From: Candidatus Nanoarchaeia archaeon
Lineage (GTDB): Archaea; Nanobdellota; Nanobdellia; Woesearchaeales; ARS49
Direction: 5' to 3'
Assembly: GCA_041488275.1 (NCBI GenBank)
Contig: JBGPOY010000003.1
Coordinates: 14,092 to 78,091, forward strand
Length of the DNA stretch: 64,000 nucleotides
Below the pieces are notes generated by a model. The model saw nothing but the letters and a program-made list of their open reading frames with translations, was not told the origin of the DNA and made no database searches. The position numbers and the translations under genes were made by a program. Of this stretch, positions 41,936 through 52,189 are shown piece after piece. Every line of letters starts with the position of its first letter. Position 1 is the stretch's first letter.

Positions 41936-44131
41936 ATGGCAGAAGATACAAAACTCCAACGCGCGCAAAAACTCTCACGAGAGCAGAAGAACATCCGCAA
42001 CATCGCGACTTCTGCGCACATTCACCACGGCAAGACCGCGTTCACCGACAACCTGCTCTCTGCAGCGGGCTTCATGTCCAACACCGCCGCGGGCGACCTC
42101 GACAAGGGCATGGCCACGTGGCAGCACAAAGACGAGCAAGAACGCCTGATGACGGTCGACGCCGCGAACGTCTCCATGGTTCACACGTTTGACAATCAGG
42201 AATATTTGATTAACTTAATCGACACGCCCGGACACATCGACTTCGGCGGCAACGTCACGCGCGCGATGCGCGCCATTGACGGCACCGTCGTTCTCGTCTG
42301 CGCGTCGGAAGGCATCATGCCGCAGACCGAAACCGTGCTGAAGCAGGCCTTGCGAGAACGTGTCAAGCCCGTGTTGTTCATCAACAAAGTGGACCGCCTC
42401 ATCAAGGAGATGCAGTACACGCCGGAACAGATTCAGGCGCGCTTTGTCAAAGTCATTCTGGAATTCAACCGCCTTATCGAGCAGATTGCGGAAGGAGAAT
42501 TCAAGCAGAAGTGGAAGGTCAACATCCAGGACGGCAGCGTCGCGTTCGGAAGCGCGCGCGACAACTGGGCGCTCTCGCTCCAATACATGCAGAAGAAGGG
42601 AGTCTCGTTCAAGGACATCCTGAAGCTCTACGACATGGACGAGAAAACGCGCCAGGACTGGGTCTGGAAGAACGCTCCCCTGCACGAAGTCATTCTCGAC
42701 ATGGTCATCAAGCATTTGCCCGACCCGGTGGAAGCGCAGAAGTACCGCATCCCGAAGATTTGGCACGGCGACCAGGAAAGCCCGCTCGGCAAGAGCCTCA
42801 TGACGTGCGACCCGAACGGAAAACTCGCGTTCGTCATTACGCGCATTTTGATTGAACCGAAATCCGGAAGAGAAATCTCCGCCGGAAGATTGTACAGCGG
42901 CACGATGCGCGAAGGCATGACCGTCTACCTGAACAACGCAAAGCAAGAACAGCGCGTCGGACAGGTGTTCCTCTATCAGGGCATCAAGCCCGAACTCATT
43001 GACTCCGTTCCGGCGGGAAACGTCCTCGCGATTGCAGGAGTCACCGGATTCGCGGGCGAGACCATCACGATGGAGCCCGACCAGCCGTTCGAGGAATTGA
43101 AGCACATCTTCGAACCCGTCATCTCGAAGGCAATCCTGCCCGTCAAGCCGCAGGACTTGTCGAAACTTGTTGAGGTTCTGAGAAAAGTCAGCAAGGAAGA
43201 CCCGTCGGTCAAGATTGAAATCAACCAGGAAACCGGCGAAAACCTCCTGCACGGCATGGGCGAACTTCACCTCGAAATCATCGAGAACAGAATCATCACG
43301 GAAAAGGGAGTCCAAATCAAGACGTCGCCTCCGATTGTTGTCTACCGAGAAACCGTCTCGAAGGCGAGCGCGGAAGTCGAAGGAAAGTCGCCGAACAAGC
43401 ACAACAAGCTCTACTTCAAGGTCGAACCGCTGGAACCGCACATTTCCGAACTGATTCGGAAGGGCGACATTTCGGAAGGCAGAATCAAGAAGAAAGACTT
43501 GGTCTTGCGAGACACGCTCGTGGACGCGGGCTACGACAGCGATACGGCGTTGTCCATCAAGGACATTTACAAGGGCAGCATCTTCATGGACGCCACGCGC
43601 GGAAACGTGCAGCTCTCTGAATGTATCCAGCTCGTCATTGAAGGATTCGAGCAAGTGATGGACGCGGGTCCGCTCGCGCGCGAACCGTGCTTCGGCATCA
43701 AGGTCACGCTCACCGACGCTCGCTTGCACGAAGACGCGATTCACCGCGGCCCCGCCCAGATGTACCCCGCCGTGCGCGAGGGCGTCCGAGGCGCGATGAT
43801 GCAGGCAGGTCCCGTCATCTTCGAACCTATCCAAACGCACTTGCTGGAAGCTCCGATTGAATTCACGGGCGACCTCACGAAGCTCGTGATGAACAAGCGC
43901 GGACAGATTTTGGAGATTAACGAAGTCGGCACGCAAACGAACGTCAAAGCGAAGCTGCCGGTCGGCGAAATGCTTGGCTGGAGCTCGGACTTGCGTTCCG
44001 CGACCGGCGGACGCGGACAAAGCTCGCTCGTCGACCAGACCTTCGAGAAACTCCCGAACGAACTGCAGAACAAGATCACCGCGCAAATCGTGCAGCGGAA
44101 AGGCTTGACTGCGGGACAATTGGGCGCGTAA
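41936..44131 (+). CDS. fusA: Translation elongation factor 2 (aEF-2)
   Basis: G-domain AHIHHGKT, DTPGH, NKVD, and the diphthamide-loop DAIHRG. 731 aa. Confidence 0.95.
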   Translation: MAEDTKLQRAQKLSREQKNIRNIATSAHIHHGKTAFTDNLLSAAGFMSNTAAGDLDKGMATWQHKDEQERLMTVDAANVSMVHTFDNQEYLINLIDTPGHIDFGGNVTRAMRAIDGTVVLVCASEGIMPQTETVLKQALRERVKPVLFINKVDRLIKEMQYTPEQIQARFVKVILEFNRLIEQIAEGEFKQKWKVNIQDGSVAFGSARDNWALSLQYMQKKGVSFKDILKLYDMDEKTRQDWVWKNAPLHEVILDMVIKHLPDPVEAQKYRIPKIWHGDQESPLGKSLMTCDPNGKLAFVITRILIEPKSGREISAGRLYSGTMREGMTVYLNNAKQEQRVGQVFLYQGIKPELIDSVPAGNVLAIAGVTGFAGETITMEPDQPFEELKHIFEPVISKAILPVKPQDLSKLVEVLRKVSKEDPSVKIEINQETGENLLHGMGELHLEIIENRIITEKGVQIKTSPPIVVYRETVSKASAEVEGKSPNKHNKLYFKVEPLEPHISELIRKGDISEGRIKKKDLVLRDTLVDAGYDSDTALSIKDIYKGSIFMDATRGNVQLSECIQLVIEGFEQVMDAGPLAREPCFGIKVTLTDARLHEDAIHRGPAQMYPAVREGVRGAMMQAGPVIFEPIQTHLLEAPIEFTGDLTKLVMNKRGQILEINEVGTQTNVKAKLPVGEMLGWSSDLRSATGGRGQSSLVDQTFEKLPNELQNKITAQIVQRKGLTAGQLGA

Positions 44132-44140
44132 AACGTAGTG

Positions 44141-44162
44141 TTATTCTCTTATTTTTTTCTTC
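44141..44162 (+). terminator. Oligo-T terminator after EF-2
   Basis: ttattctcttatttttttcttc. Confidence 0.5.
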
Positions 44163-44203
44163 CCAGCACAACCTATTAATATGCGTCTGCCGGTCGAGCG
44201 AGT

Positions 44204-44662
44204 ATGACCACCGCGAAATTGAAGGAGTTTCTCGCGACGCACGCGATTCCTCACGAATTGAAGGAGTTCCCTATGTCCGTGCACACCGTCGAGATGGCCG
44301 CCGGAGCCGTGCACGTCGCGCTGGACCGCATGGTCAAGACGTTGATTCTGATTGACAAGAAAGACGACCTGTACTCTGTGCTCGTGCGCGGCGACGACCG
44401 CGTCTCCATCATCCGCGTCGGGTTTAACCTGAAGCTCGACAATCTGCGCTTGGCGAAAGCCGATGAAGTGTTCGCGCGCACGGGTTACTCTATTGGCGGC
44501 GTGCCTCCGCTCGGGTTCCCGGCAAAGTTCGTGATGGACATGAAAGTCAAGGAAATGCCGTTCTTCTGGGCGGGCGGCGGCAGCGACAAGGCGCTCGTGA
44601 AGCTCATTCCCGCGGACGTCATCAAGGCGACGAACGCCGCCGTGACGCGAGTGACCGTGTGA
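44204..44662 (+). CDS. YbaK/ProX-type aminoacyl-tRNA trans-editing deacylase domain protein
   Basis: 152 aa. KTLILIDKKDDLY.VLV.GD.RV....GY.IGGVPPLGF pattern. TATA cctattaatat lies about 22 nt upstream. Confidence 0.65.
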   Translation: MTTAKLKEFLATHAIPHELKEFPMSVHTVEMAAGAVHVALDRMVKTLILIDKKDDLYSVLVRGDDRVSIIRVGFNLKLDNLRLAKADEVFARTGYSIGGVPPLGFPAKFVMDMKVKEMPFFWAGGGSDKALVKLIPADVIKATNAAVTRVTV

Positions 44663-45339
44663 CGCTCGCGGCGCTACGAAATGAACTTAAGGCGAACGTC
44701 GAACAGCCATACAAGAAAGGCGCAACGAATTTCTTCAAGGAGCCGATTAAGCCGTATGGAGTTCGTACGCCTATCGTGAGGAAGATTGCCCGAAAATATT
44801 TTCCGAGACATCTCCCCCCATCCTCCATCCTGAAACTCTGCGACGAACTGTGGAAGTCCGGCTGGTTCGAGGAAGGCGTCGTGGCGATTGAGTGGGCGCA
44901 CCGCGCAAAAGTCGAAGACCTTGCCGTGTTCGAGTCGTGGCTGCACAACTATATCTCCAACTGGGCGCACGTGGACGGCACGTGCGGGCAGCTTATCGGA
45001 CCGTTGCTGGAACAGAAGCCGGAATGGATTCCCCGCATCAGGACGTGGATAACGTCAAAGAATCGCTGGGTGCGACGAGCGTCCGCGGTCGCGTTCGTCG
45101 TTCCGGGCAGGCACGGCAAGTACTTGGACGAGATTTTCTCGACGGCAAAGAAACTGATGCGCGACCCCGACGACCTCGTGCAAAAGGGTTACGGCTGGAT
45201 GCTGAAGGAAGCCGCCAACGCGCACCAGCACAAAGTGTTTGAATTCGTGATGCAGCACAAGAAGCAGATGACGCGCACCGCGTTGCGGTACGCTATCGAG
45301 AAGATGCCGAAGGCAATGAAGCAACGGGCGATGGCGTAG
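44659..45339 (+). CDS. AlkD-like HEAT-repeat DNA alkylation repair protein
   Basis: 226 aa. W.HVD...NRWVRRASAVAFV...KGYGWMLKEA resembles the DNA alkylation repair enzyme family. Confidence 0.55.
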   Translation: MTLAALRNELKANVEQPYKKGATNFFKEPIKPYGVRTPIVRKIARKYFPRHLPPSSILKLCDELWKSGWFEEGVVAIEWAHRAKVEDLAVFESWLHNYISNWAHVDGTCGQLIGPLLEQKPEWIPRIRTWITSKNRWVRRASAVAFVVPGRHGKYLDEIFSTAKKLMRDPDDLVQKGYGWMLKEAANAHQHKVFEFVMQHKKQMTRTALRYAIEKMPKAMKQRAMA

Positions 45340-45386
45340 TCTCCAGACGATAAAAGTTATTATAGATGTACAACTCGCATCTCCGC

Positions 45387-45980
45387 ATGGAACTCAAACC
45401 TCAAAAGATTGTCTTCGTGAACTACGACATCGCAAAGCGGCTTCTTGATGACACGCACGCGCTCACCCAGAACCCGCTGGACATCCAGTACAGCGCGCTG
45501 CTTCCGCCCGCGACGCTCGAGACCGCTTCGAAGGCAGCAATGGGCGCCGCATACGCCGTCATCGCGGATGCACTGCACCTGAAGCCTGAGGACATCCCGC
45601 AGCCGCTGCCGCACAAAATACAGAACGCGCTAACCGATCACTGGGTTGTTGAAAAGGATTTCTTTGCCGGCACGAACAAGACCGACCGCTGGGTACGCAT
45701 CAAGACGCCTGCAAACAAGTCCCCGATTGAAATCATCACGCAGGGCGCCATCCGCGCCGAAATCTGTTATTCTTCGCCTCATCGGTTCAAGCAGAACGAT
45801 GCGTACCGCCTGTTTGAAGTGCTGGGCGTGCGCGAAAACAGCGAGTTCCAGATACGCCTCGCGCCTTCCGGCCAGCGTCTCGCGGACTCCCGCTTCCTTG
45901 ACAACGAACTGGACGCCACGATGTCCCAGCTCGAAGTCGCGCTGGACAAGTACGTGATGCCGTTTGCGGTTACGCGCTGA
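45387..45980 (+). CDS. Hypothetical protein
   Basis: The ORF-track start is 45366. TATA ttattatag ends at 45365, so the leaderless ATG at 45387 is preferred. No motif recognised. Confidence 0.45.
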   Translation: MELKPQKIVFVNYDIAKRLLDDTHALTQNPLDIQYSALLPPATLETASKAAMGAAYAVIADALHLKPEDIPQPLPHKIQNALTDHWVVEKDFFAGTNKTDRWVRIKTPANKSPIEIITQGAIRAEICYSSPHRFKQNDAYRLFEVLGVRENSEFQIRLAPSGQRLADSRFLDNELDATMSQLEVALDKYVMPFAVTR

Positions 45981-46052
45981 GTCGTTCGTCGTTTTCCAAC
46001 TCAATCCGAGCTGCGACTCGGATGAGCCACAGGACGCATTGCGTCCTGTGTG

Positions 46053-46165
46053 CTTCGTGAAGCAGAAAGAAGGGTCTCAATCCTGCTTGCGAAGCAGGCA
46101 GTTATGGCTTGCTTCTTGATGCTGAACGAGAAGGAATTTGGCCAAACTTTACCAAAGGTTGAGCG
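46053..46165 (+). repeat. Copy 2 of the ~110-nt structured repeat (first copy at 18309-18420)
   Basis: Hairpin CTGCTTGC-GAA-GCAGGCAG at 46083-46101 has paired substitutions relative to copy 1. It lies immediately upstream of the tuf promoter. Confidence 0.75.
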
Positions 46166-46179
46166 GAAGCTTTATAAAC
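46164..46179 (+). promoter_or_regulatory. BRE/TATA promoter of tuf-rps10
   Basis: gaagctttataaaccccc. SD ggagggg sits before the ATG at 46232. Confidence 0.6.
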
Positions 46180-46231
46180 CCCCTACTTGTTCTCGAATAT
46201 CACTACCAATCATAGTTTTGGAGGGGCATAT

Positions 46232-47515
46232 ATGGCAAAAGCAAAACCGCACATTAACGTTGTTTTCGTCGGTCACGTTGACCACGGCAAGTCCACGACT
46301 GTTGGACGACTCTTGTTCGATGCTGGCGCAGTTCCTGAACAGGAAATGCGCAAGCTGAAGGAAAAGGCAGAGGAAATGGGCAAGGGCGGATTCGAGTTCG
46401 CCTTCGTCATGGACAACCTCAAGGAAGAGCGCGAACGCGGCGTCACCATCGACTTGAGCCACAAGAAGTTCTCGACTCCGAAGTACGACTTCACCATCAT
46501 CGACGCGCCCGGTCACCGTGACTTCATCAAGAACATGATTACCGGCGCCTCGCAGGCAGACGCGGCAGTCATCGTCATCGGCTCTGAAGGAGTTCAGGCC
46601 CAGACGAAGGAACACGCGTTCCTCGCCAAGACCTTCGGCGTCGGCCAGGTTATCATCCTCTGTAACAAGCAGGACCTCAACAAGTACGACCAGGCCAAGT
46701 TCAACGCGACCAAGGCTCAGGCAGAACAGCTCTTGAAGAGCGTCGGTTACAAGACCGAAAACGTCAAAATCATTCCGGCAGCATCGTACCTTGGCGAAAA
46801 CATCGTCAAGCGCTCGCCGAACATGCCGTGGTACACCGGCCCGACGTTGATTGAAGCGTTGGACCTGCTCACGGTACCGGTCAAGCCGACCAACCTTCCG
46901 TTGCGCATGCCGATCCAGGATGTCTACAGCATCACGGGCATCGGCCTCGTTCCGGTTGGCAAAATCGAAACGGGCATTTTGAAGGCTGGCGACAAGGTCA
47001 TCATTGTTCCCGGCCGTGAAGGCAAGGGAGTCAGTGGAGAAGTCAAGAGTATCGAAATGCACCACGAAATGATTACGGAAGCTGAGCCCGGCGACAACGT
47101 CGGCATCAACTTGCGCGGTCCCGAAAAGAAGGACCTCGCGCGCGGCGACGTCTTGGGTCACCCCAACAACGTCCCGACCGTCTCGACCGAGTTCACCGCG
47201 AACATCATCGTGCTGAACCACCCGACCGTCATCACCGTCGGCTACACGCCCGTGTTCCACATCCACACGGCGCAGGTCGCTTGCCAAATCACCGAGATTG
47301 TCAAGAAGATCAACCCTGCGAATGGAGAAACCATCCAGGAACACCCGGACTTCATCAAGAACGGAGACGCTGCGGTCGTCAAGATCAAGCCGATGCAGCC
47401 CCTCGTCATTGAGAAGAACAAGGACATCCCGCAGATGAGCCGATTCGCAATCCGAGACAGCGGCGTCACCGTCGCGGCCGGCATGTGCATCGACCTCGTC
47501 AAGAAGGCGATGTAA
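46232..47515 (+). CDS. tuf: Translation elongation factor 1-alpha (aEF-1A)
   Basis: [17 protein letters not shown] and NKQD G-motifs. 427 aa from the internal ATG. Confidence 0.95.
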   Translation: MAKAKPHINVVFVGHVDHGKSTTVGRLLFDAGAVPEQEMRKLKEKAEEMGKGGFEFAFVMDNLKEERERGVTIDLSHKKFSTPKYDFTIIDAPGHRDFIKNMITGASQADAAVIVIGSEGVQAQTKEHAFLAKTFGVGQVIILCNKQDLNKYDQAKFNATKAQAEQLLKSVGYKTENVKIIPAASYLGENIVKRSPNMPWYTGPTLIEALDLLTVPVKPTNLPLRMPIQDVYSITGIGLVPVGKIETGILKAGDKVIIVPGREGKGVSGEVKSIEMHHEMITEAEPGDNVGINLRGPEKKDLARGDVLGHPNNVPTVSTEFTANIIVLNHPTVITVGYTPVFHIHTAQVACQITEIVKKINPANGETIQEHPDFIKNGDAAVVKIKPMQPLVIEKNKDIPQMSRFAIRDSGVTVAAGMCIDLVKKAM

Positions 47516-47521
47516 GTCGTA

Positions 47522-47539
47522 TTGATTTTTATTTTTTCC
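47522..47539 (+). terminator. T-rich tract between tuf and rps10 (possible attenuating terminator)
   Basis: ttgatttttattttttcc. Confidence 0.35.
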
Positions 47540-47584
47540 ACGGCGAGCCGGGCGTCGTCGTGAGCAGCACACCGCACAACCACC

Positions 47585-47899
47585 ATGCAAAAAGCACGCA
47601 TCAAACTGGCAAGCACCGACATCGACAAGTTGAACCAGGTCTGTGCCTACATCAAGGACATCGCCGACAAGACCGGCGTTGACATGCGTGGTCCGATTCC
47701 GTTGCCGACCAAGAAGTTGAGAATGGCGACGCGAAGATGCCCGTGCGGTGACGGTTCTGCGACGTGGGAGCGCTTCGAAATGCGCATCCACAAGCGCCTG
47801 ATTGACTTGGGCATTGACGAACGTGCCCTCAGACTCGTCATGAAGGTTCCTATTCCTGAAAGTCTCAACATTGAGATTGAAATGATTGACCAAGCATAA
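47585..47899 (+). CDS. rps10: Ribosomal protein uS10
   Basis: 104 aa. RIKL.S.D...L......I.....G....GPIPLPTK...RMEIHKRLID pattern. Confidence 0.92.
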   Translation: MQKARIKLASTDIDKLNQVCAYIKDIADKTGVDMRGPIPLPTKKLRMATRRCPCGDGSATWERFEMRIHKRLIDLGIDERALRLVMKVPIPESLNIEIEMIDQA

Positions 47900-47901
47900 G
47901 G

Positions 47902-48312
47902 GTGATTTCTGTGAGTGAAGAATTACGAAACCCGAAGTTGCACGACTTTTACAACGCGATTATGAAAGTCGGCGTGCCCGGTTACGACCGGGAATCGTTT
48001 GCGGTTGACTCGATTCACGTCGAGCACTCGCGCGGCAGCATTGCGCTGAGCAAGTCCGAGCTGACGACGCTGGACACGCTGGCGGGCGCCGTCGCTCGCT
48101 GGCGCGACATCGAAACGCTCCGCGCCGACAGCCCGAAGGAAGCGAAGCACATCGAAGACACGCTCGTTCCCACGGGACTTGTCGAACGCGATCCGACTGC
48201 GGTGCGCGGCACCATCTACCGCGTGACGCGGTTCGCGCTGAAGCAGGTGCGTTATGTCGCCGTGCTGTCGGAAAAGCCGGCTGCCGTGAAAACGGAAGTC
48301 AGCACGGTTTAG
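47902..48312 (+). CDS. Hypothetical protein downstream of rps10
   Basis: 136-aa ORF with a GTG start 3 nt after the S10 stop. No motif recognised. Confidence 0.45.
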   Translation: MISVSEELRNPKLHDFYNAIMKVGVPGYDRESFAVDSIHVEHSRGSIALSKSELTTLDTLAGAVARWRDIETLRADSPKEAKHIEDTLVPTGLVERDPTAVRGTIYRVTRFALKQVRYVAVLSEKPAAVKTEVSTV

Positions 48313-48344
48313 AACGCATGTTTTATTTTTCAAACCGGTGAATC

Positions 48345-48851
48345 ATGACTGAAATGCTTGACGTTGTTGACAAAAAGGGACGCTTTCTCAAGGCAATGCC
48401 CCGCGCGGAAGTGCATGCGAAGGGTTTGCTGCACCGCGGCGTGCGCGTCCTGATTTTCAACCGCGCGGGCGAGATGTTTATCCAGCAACGAGCGTTAAGC
48501 AAAGACGTCAATCCCGGATTGTGGGAGGGCTCGCTTGCCGGTCATCAGGATTTTGGCGAGAAGCCGCTGCAGACCGCGATGCGCGAGACCAAAGAAGAGC
48601 TCGGCCTGAACGTGTCGCCGAAGCGCTTCCGCACGCTGGGCAACTTCCGGACGAACAACGCGCGCGAGCGAATGTTCTACACGCTCTTTGTCGTTCATAA
48701 TGTCAAGAAAACGCCCACGCTTGACGCGCAGGAAGTCCTGCAAGGACACTGGGAGACTCCTGTTGCCGTGTCGCGCCATCTGCGCGAGCACCCGGAGAAG
48801 TACACGCCCGGCTTCCGGCTCGCGTGGCAGATATTCTCGAAAAAGCGCTGA
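48345..48851 (+). CDS. NUDIX hydrolase
   Basis: Nudix box GHQDFGEKPLQTAMRETKEELGL. Confidence 0.8.
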   Translation: MTEMLDVVDKKGRFLKAMPRAEVHAKGLLHRGVRVLIFNRAGEMFIQQRALSKDVNPGLWEGSLAGHQDFGEKPLQTAMRETKEELGLNVSPKRFRTLGNFRTNNARERMFYTLFVVHNVKKTPTLDAQEVLQGHWETPVAVSRHLREHPEKYTPGFRLAWQIFSKKR

Positions 48852-48914
48852 GTGCGACGTTCGCATCATACAGAACCATAACCTTTATATACGAATCTTA
48901 ACGATAGTTAAGAA

Positions 48915-49286
48915 ATGGGGTTGAAGGTACTGCATCCGCAAGAGTTGGAAGTGTTCTACCTGCTTCCAGCACTCAGAAAGGAGTTCGCCGCCTGCCTGAA
49001 AGCGCAGGGAACCAGCCAAACCGTGATTGCCGGCATTCTCGGCGTCACCGATGCGGCGGTCAGCCAGTACTTCAGCCAAAAACGCGCCCAAGACGTTTCG
49101 TTCCCTGCCGAAGAAAAGAAGCTCATCGCGAGCGCGGCAAAGAACCTCACCACGCAGGCGCAATTCATTTTCGAATCGCAAAAACTGCTCGATCATTTTG
49201 TCAAGACGAAGTTCACGTGCCAGCTGCACAAACAAGTGAACGCGGACACACCGTCCAACTGCAACGTCTGTTTTGAGGGCAACTAA
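48915..49286 (+). CDS. HTH transcriptional regulator with C-terminal Cys cluster, upstream of suf
   Basis: HTH segment SQTVIAGILGVTDAAVSQYF. The C-terminus reads CQLHK...NCNVC. TATA ctttatata lies about 23 nt upstream, so the transcript is probably leaderless. Confidence 0.6.
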   Translation: MGLKVLHPQELEVFYLLPALRKEFAACLKAQGTSQTVIAGILGVTDAAVSQYFSQKRAQDVSFPAEEKKLIASAAKNLTTQAQFIFESQKLLDHFVKTKFTCQLHKQVNADTPSNCNVCFEGN

Positions 49287-49287
49287 C

Positions 49288-50067
49288 ATGCAAACCACTA
49301 CAACTACTTGGAATTGCGCCGACTGCGGCTGGGAATTCGATGAAAGCAAAGGAAATGATGCCATCGGCATCTCCGCAGGAACCGACTTCGCCGCAATCAA
49401 AGGCGTCCAGTGCCCGGACTGCGGCAACCGTCATTTTGAACAGAAATCATCGGAGGAACATACCATGACCGTCAAGAAACAGGAAACCGTCACCACGACG
49501 GAAGGACCGATTACGCGCGAGACCAACATCCAGCACCTCGCGAACACGTATCCGGAAGCTGTCATCGTGATGATGGAACGCGGACTGCACTGCTTCGGAT
49601 GCCACGCGAGCGCGTACGACACCGTCGAAGCCGGCTCCAAAGGGCACGGCTTGCCTGACGAGGAAATTGATAAGATGGTCAGCGAAATGAACCAGATTGT
49701 CGCGACCCGTCAGACCGCGAAAGCAAGTCCGCAGGAAATCAAGAAAGACGTCACGCTGACCGAAAAGGCGGCAAAGAAGCTCGTCGAGCTGATGGCCGCG
49801 GAACAGAAGCAGGGCTACGGACTTCGCGTCCAAGTGGTTCCGGGCGGCTGCTCGGGGTTCAGTTACGGCTTGGACTTTGACAACAAGGCGAACAAGGACG
49901 ACACCGTTCTTGACCGCCACGGCGTCAAGGTCTACATCGACGCAGAAAGCATGAGCCAGCTCACGGGCGCAACTATCGACTACGTTGACGGCTTGCAGGG
50001 TTCGGGCTTCAAGGTTGAAAACCCGAACGCGCACTCTTCGTGCGGGTGCGGGAAGAGCTTCGCATGA
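49288..50067 (+). CDS. Three-domain fusion: rubredoxin-like Zn ribbon + DUF1858-like redox-disulfide domain + A-type Fe-S carrier (SufA/IscA)
   Basis: WNCADCGW...CPDCG, then ERGLHCFGCHAS...HGL.DEEIDKMV, then GLRVQVVPGGCSGFSY...SSCGCGKSF. Confidence 0.75.
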   Translation: MQTTTTTWNCADCGWEFDESKGNDAIGISAGTDFAAIKGVQCPDCGNRHFEQKSSEEHTMTVKKQETVTTTEGPITRETNIQHLANTYPEAVIVMMERGLHCFGCHASAYDTVEAGSKGHGLPDEEIDKMVSEMNQIVATRQTAKASPQEIKKDVTLTEKAAKKLVELMAAEQKQGYGLRVQVVPGGCSGFSYGLDFDNKANKDDTVLDRHGVKVYIDAESMSQLTGATIDYVDGLQGSGFKVENPNAHSSCGCGKSFA

Positions 50068-50792
50068 CCTTGGAAATTAGGGATTTGCACGTCACGGCAA
50101 ACGGCGTGCCTATCCTCAAGGGTGTGAATCTCACGCTCCGGAACGGCGAACTCCACGCGCTGATGGGACCGAACGGCTCGGGCAAGAGCACCCTCAGCTG
50201 CGTCATCGCGGGACATCCGGGCTACCGCGTCGAGCAGGGAGACATTCTTGTCGACGGCAAAAGCATCCTCGCGATGAAGCCCGAAGACCGGGCAAAGGCA
50301 GGCTTGTTCCTCGCGTTCCAGCATCCGGTCGAGATTCCGGGCGTGACGCTCGGAACGTTCCTGTTCACGCTCTTCAAACAAAAATTTCCGAAAGGCAGCG
50401 CCGCGACGTTCCAGAAAGAACTCGCCGCGCTCCGCGCGCAACTGGGACTCGACGCTGCGTTCACCGACCGACCGCTCAATGCCGGCTTGTCCGGCGGCGA
50501 AAAGAAGCGCGCCGAAATGCTCCAAATGCTCCTGCTTCGTCCGAGCATCGCAATCCTCGATGAAACCGACTCGGGGCTGGACATCGACAGCCTGAAAATC
50601 GTCTCGAACGCCATCAACGCGCTCCGCTCTCCGCAGTTTTCGGGGCTCGTCATCACCCACTACAACCGCATCCTCGAATACGTCAAGCCTGACCACGTGC
50701 ACGTCCTCGTAGACGGCAAAGTCGTGCGCAGCGGCGACGCGACGCTCTCGCTGGAGCTCGAAAAGAAGGGATACGCCAAGGTGGGCGCGTGA
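50064..50792 (+). CDS. sufC: Fe-S cluster assembly ATPase SufC
   Basis: [17 protein letters not shown] and [10 protein letters not shown] motifs. Overlaps the upstream stop (ATGA). Confidence 0.93.
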   Translation: MTLEIRDLHVTANGVPILKGVNLTLRNGELHALMGPNGSGKSTLSCVIAGHPGYRVEQGDILVDGKSILAMKPEDRAKAGLFLAFQHPVEIPGVTLGTFLFTLFKQKFPKGSAATFQKELAALRAQLGLDAAFTDRPLNAGLSGGEKKRAEMLQMLLLRPSIAILDETDSGLDIDSLKIVSNAINALRSPQFSGLVITHYNRILEYVKPDHVHVLVDGKVVRSGDATLSLELEKKGYAKVGA

Positions 50793-52189
50793 ACGCGGAA
50801 ACCATCAACGCAGGATACGCGGAAAAATACGGCTTCCACGACGAGGAACGCGCGATGTTTAAGACGCCGAAAGGGCTGTCCGAAGACGTCGTCCGCCAGA
50901 TTTCAGCCAGAAAGAACGAGCCTGCGTGGATGCTCGACCTCAGACTCAAAGGATTGCAGGCGTTTCTGGATAAGCCGATGCCTGCGTGGGGCGGCGACTT
51001 GAGCACGATTGATTTTGACAACATCACCTATTATTTCAGTTCAAACGAAAAGACCGAGCACACGTGGGACAAAGTTCCCGCCGATATTAAGCGCACGTTC
51101 GAAAAACTCGGCATTCCGGAAGCGGAGCAAAAATTCCTCGGGGGCGTCGGCGCGCAATACGAATCCGAAACGGTTTATCACAAGTTGCGCGACGACCTCG
51201 CGGCGCGCGGCGTTGTCTTCCTCGACACGGACACCGCACTCAAAGAACACCCTGAAATTTTCAAGAAGTACTTCGCAAGCGTTGTCCCGATTGACGACAA
51301 CAAGTTCGCAGCCCTGAACAGCGCGATGTGGAGCGGCGGCTCGTTCATCTACATTCCTCCCGGAGTCAACGTCGAAGTTCCGCTCCAAGCCTATTTCCGT
51401 ATCAACGCGAAGAACGTCGGACAGTTCGAGCGCACGCTTATCGTCGTCGACAAAGACGCAAGCATCACCTACATCGAGGGCTGCACGGCTCCGGTGTACA
51501 GCACAGACTCACTGCACGCAGCCGTCGTCGAACTTGTCGCCCTCCCGGGCAGCAAGGTCCGCTACGTCACGATTCAGAACTGGAGCAGCAACGTCTACAA
51601 CCTCGTCACCAAGCGCGCCATTGCGCACGAGAACTCGGTCGTGGAATGGATTGACGGCAATCTCGGCAGCAAGCTCACGATGAAGTATCCTGCGGTCATT
51701 CTCAAGGGCGACAACTCTCGCGCGGACATCCTCAGCATCGCGTACGCGGGCAAGGGACAACACCAAGACGCGGGCGGTAAAATCACGCATCTCGGCAAGA
51801 ACACGCAGTCCCGCATCGTTTCCAAATCCATCAGCAAAGACGGAGGCCGCACGAGTTACCGCGGCCTGCTCCGCGTCGCGAAGGGATGCACCGGCGTGAA
51901 GAGCACGGTGCGCTGCGACGCGCTCCTGCTGGACGACCATTCGCGCTCGGACACGTATCCAACGATGCAAATCGACGAACAGACTGCAACGGTCGCGCAC
52001 GAAGCCACCGTCGGCAAAATCGGAGAAGACCAGCTGTTCTACCTCACGAGCCGCGGCCTGAGCGAAAGCGAAGCGATGGCAATGATTGTGCTCGGCTTCA
52101 TTTCCGATTTCACCAAGGAACTCCCGATGGAGTACGCGGTCGAGCTGAACAAGCTTATCAGGCTGGAAATGGACGGTTCGGTGGGATAA
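50789..52189 (+). CDS. sufB: Fe-S cluster assembly scaffold SufB
   Basis: 466 aa. The conserved SufB C-terminal beta-helix region is present (IEGCTAPVY...[14 protein letters not shown]...HEATVGKI). Confidence 0.92.
   Translation: MNAETINAGYAEKYGFHDEERAMFKTPKGLSEDVVRQISARKNEPAWMLDLRLKGLQAFLDKPMPAWGGDLSTIDFDNITYYFSSNEKTEHTWDKVPADIKRTFEKLGIPEAEQKFLGGVGAQYESETVYHKLRDDLAARGVVFLDTDTALKEHPEIFKKYFASVVPIDDNKFAALNSAMWSGGSFIYIPPGVNVEVPLQAYFRINAKNVGQFERTLIVVDKDASITYIEGCTAPVYSTDSLHAAVVELVALPGSKVRYVTIQNWSSNVYNLVTKRAIAHENSVVEWIDGNLGSKLTMKYPAVILKGDNSRADILSIAYAGKGQHQDAGGKITHLGKNTQSRIVSKSISKDGGRTSYRGLLRVAKGCTGVKSTVRCDALLLDDHSRSDTYPTMQIDEQTATVAHEATVGKIGEDQLFYLTSRGLSESEAMAMIVLGFISDFTKELPMEYAVELNKLIRLEMDGSVG

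Noticed and set aside
46050-46358. ORF 46050-46358, and the parallel short frame at 18318-18450, read as a conserved small protein (RRV.IL.AKQ.VM.CF..NE..F.Q).
   Set aside because: 14 of the 15 codon differences between the two copies are non-synonymous. The paired substitutions preserve a nucleic-acid hairpin. The 46050 frame also runs through the tuf promoter and into the tuf gene. A non-coding structured repeat explains the data better.
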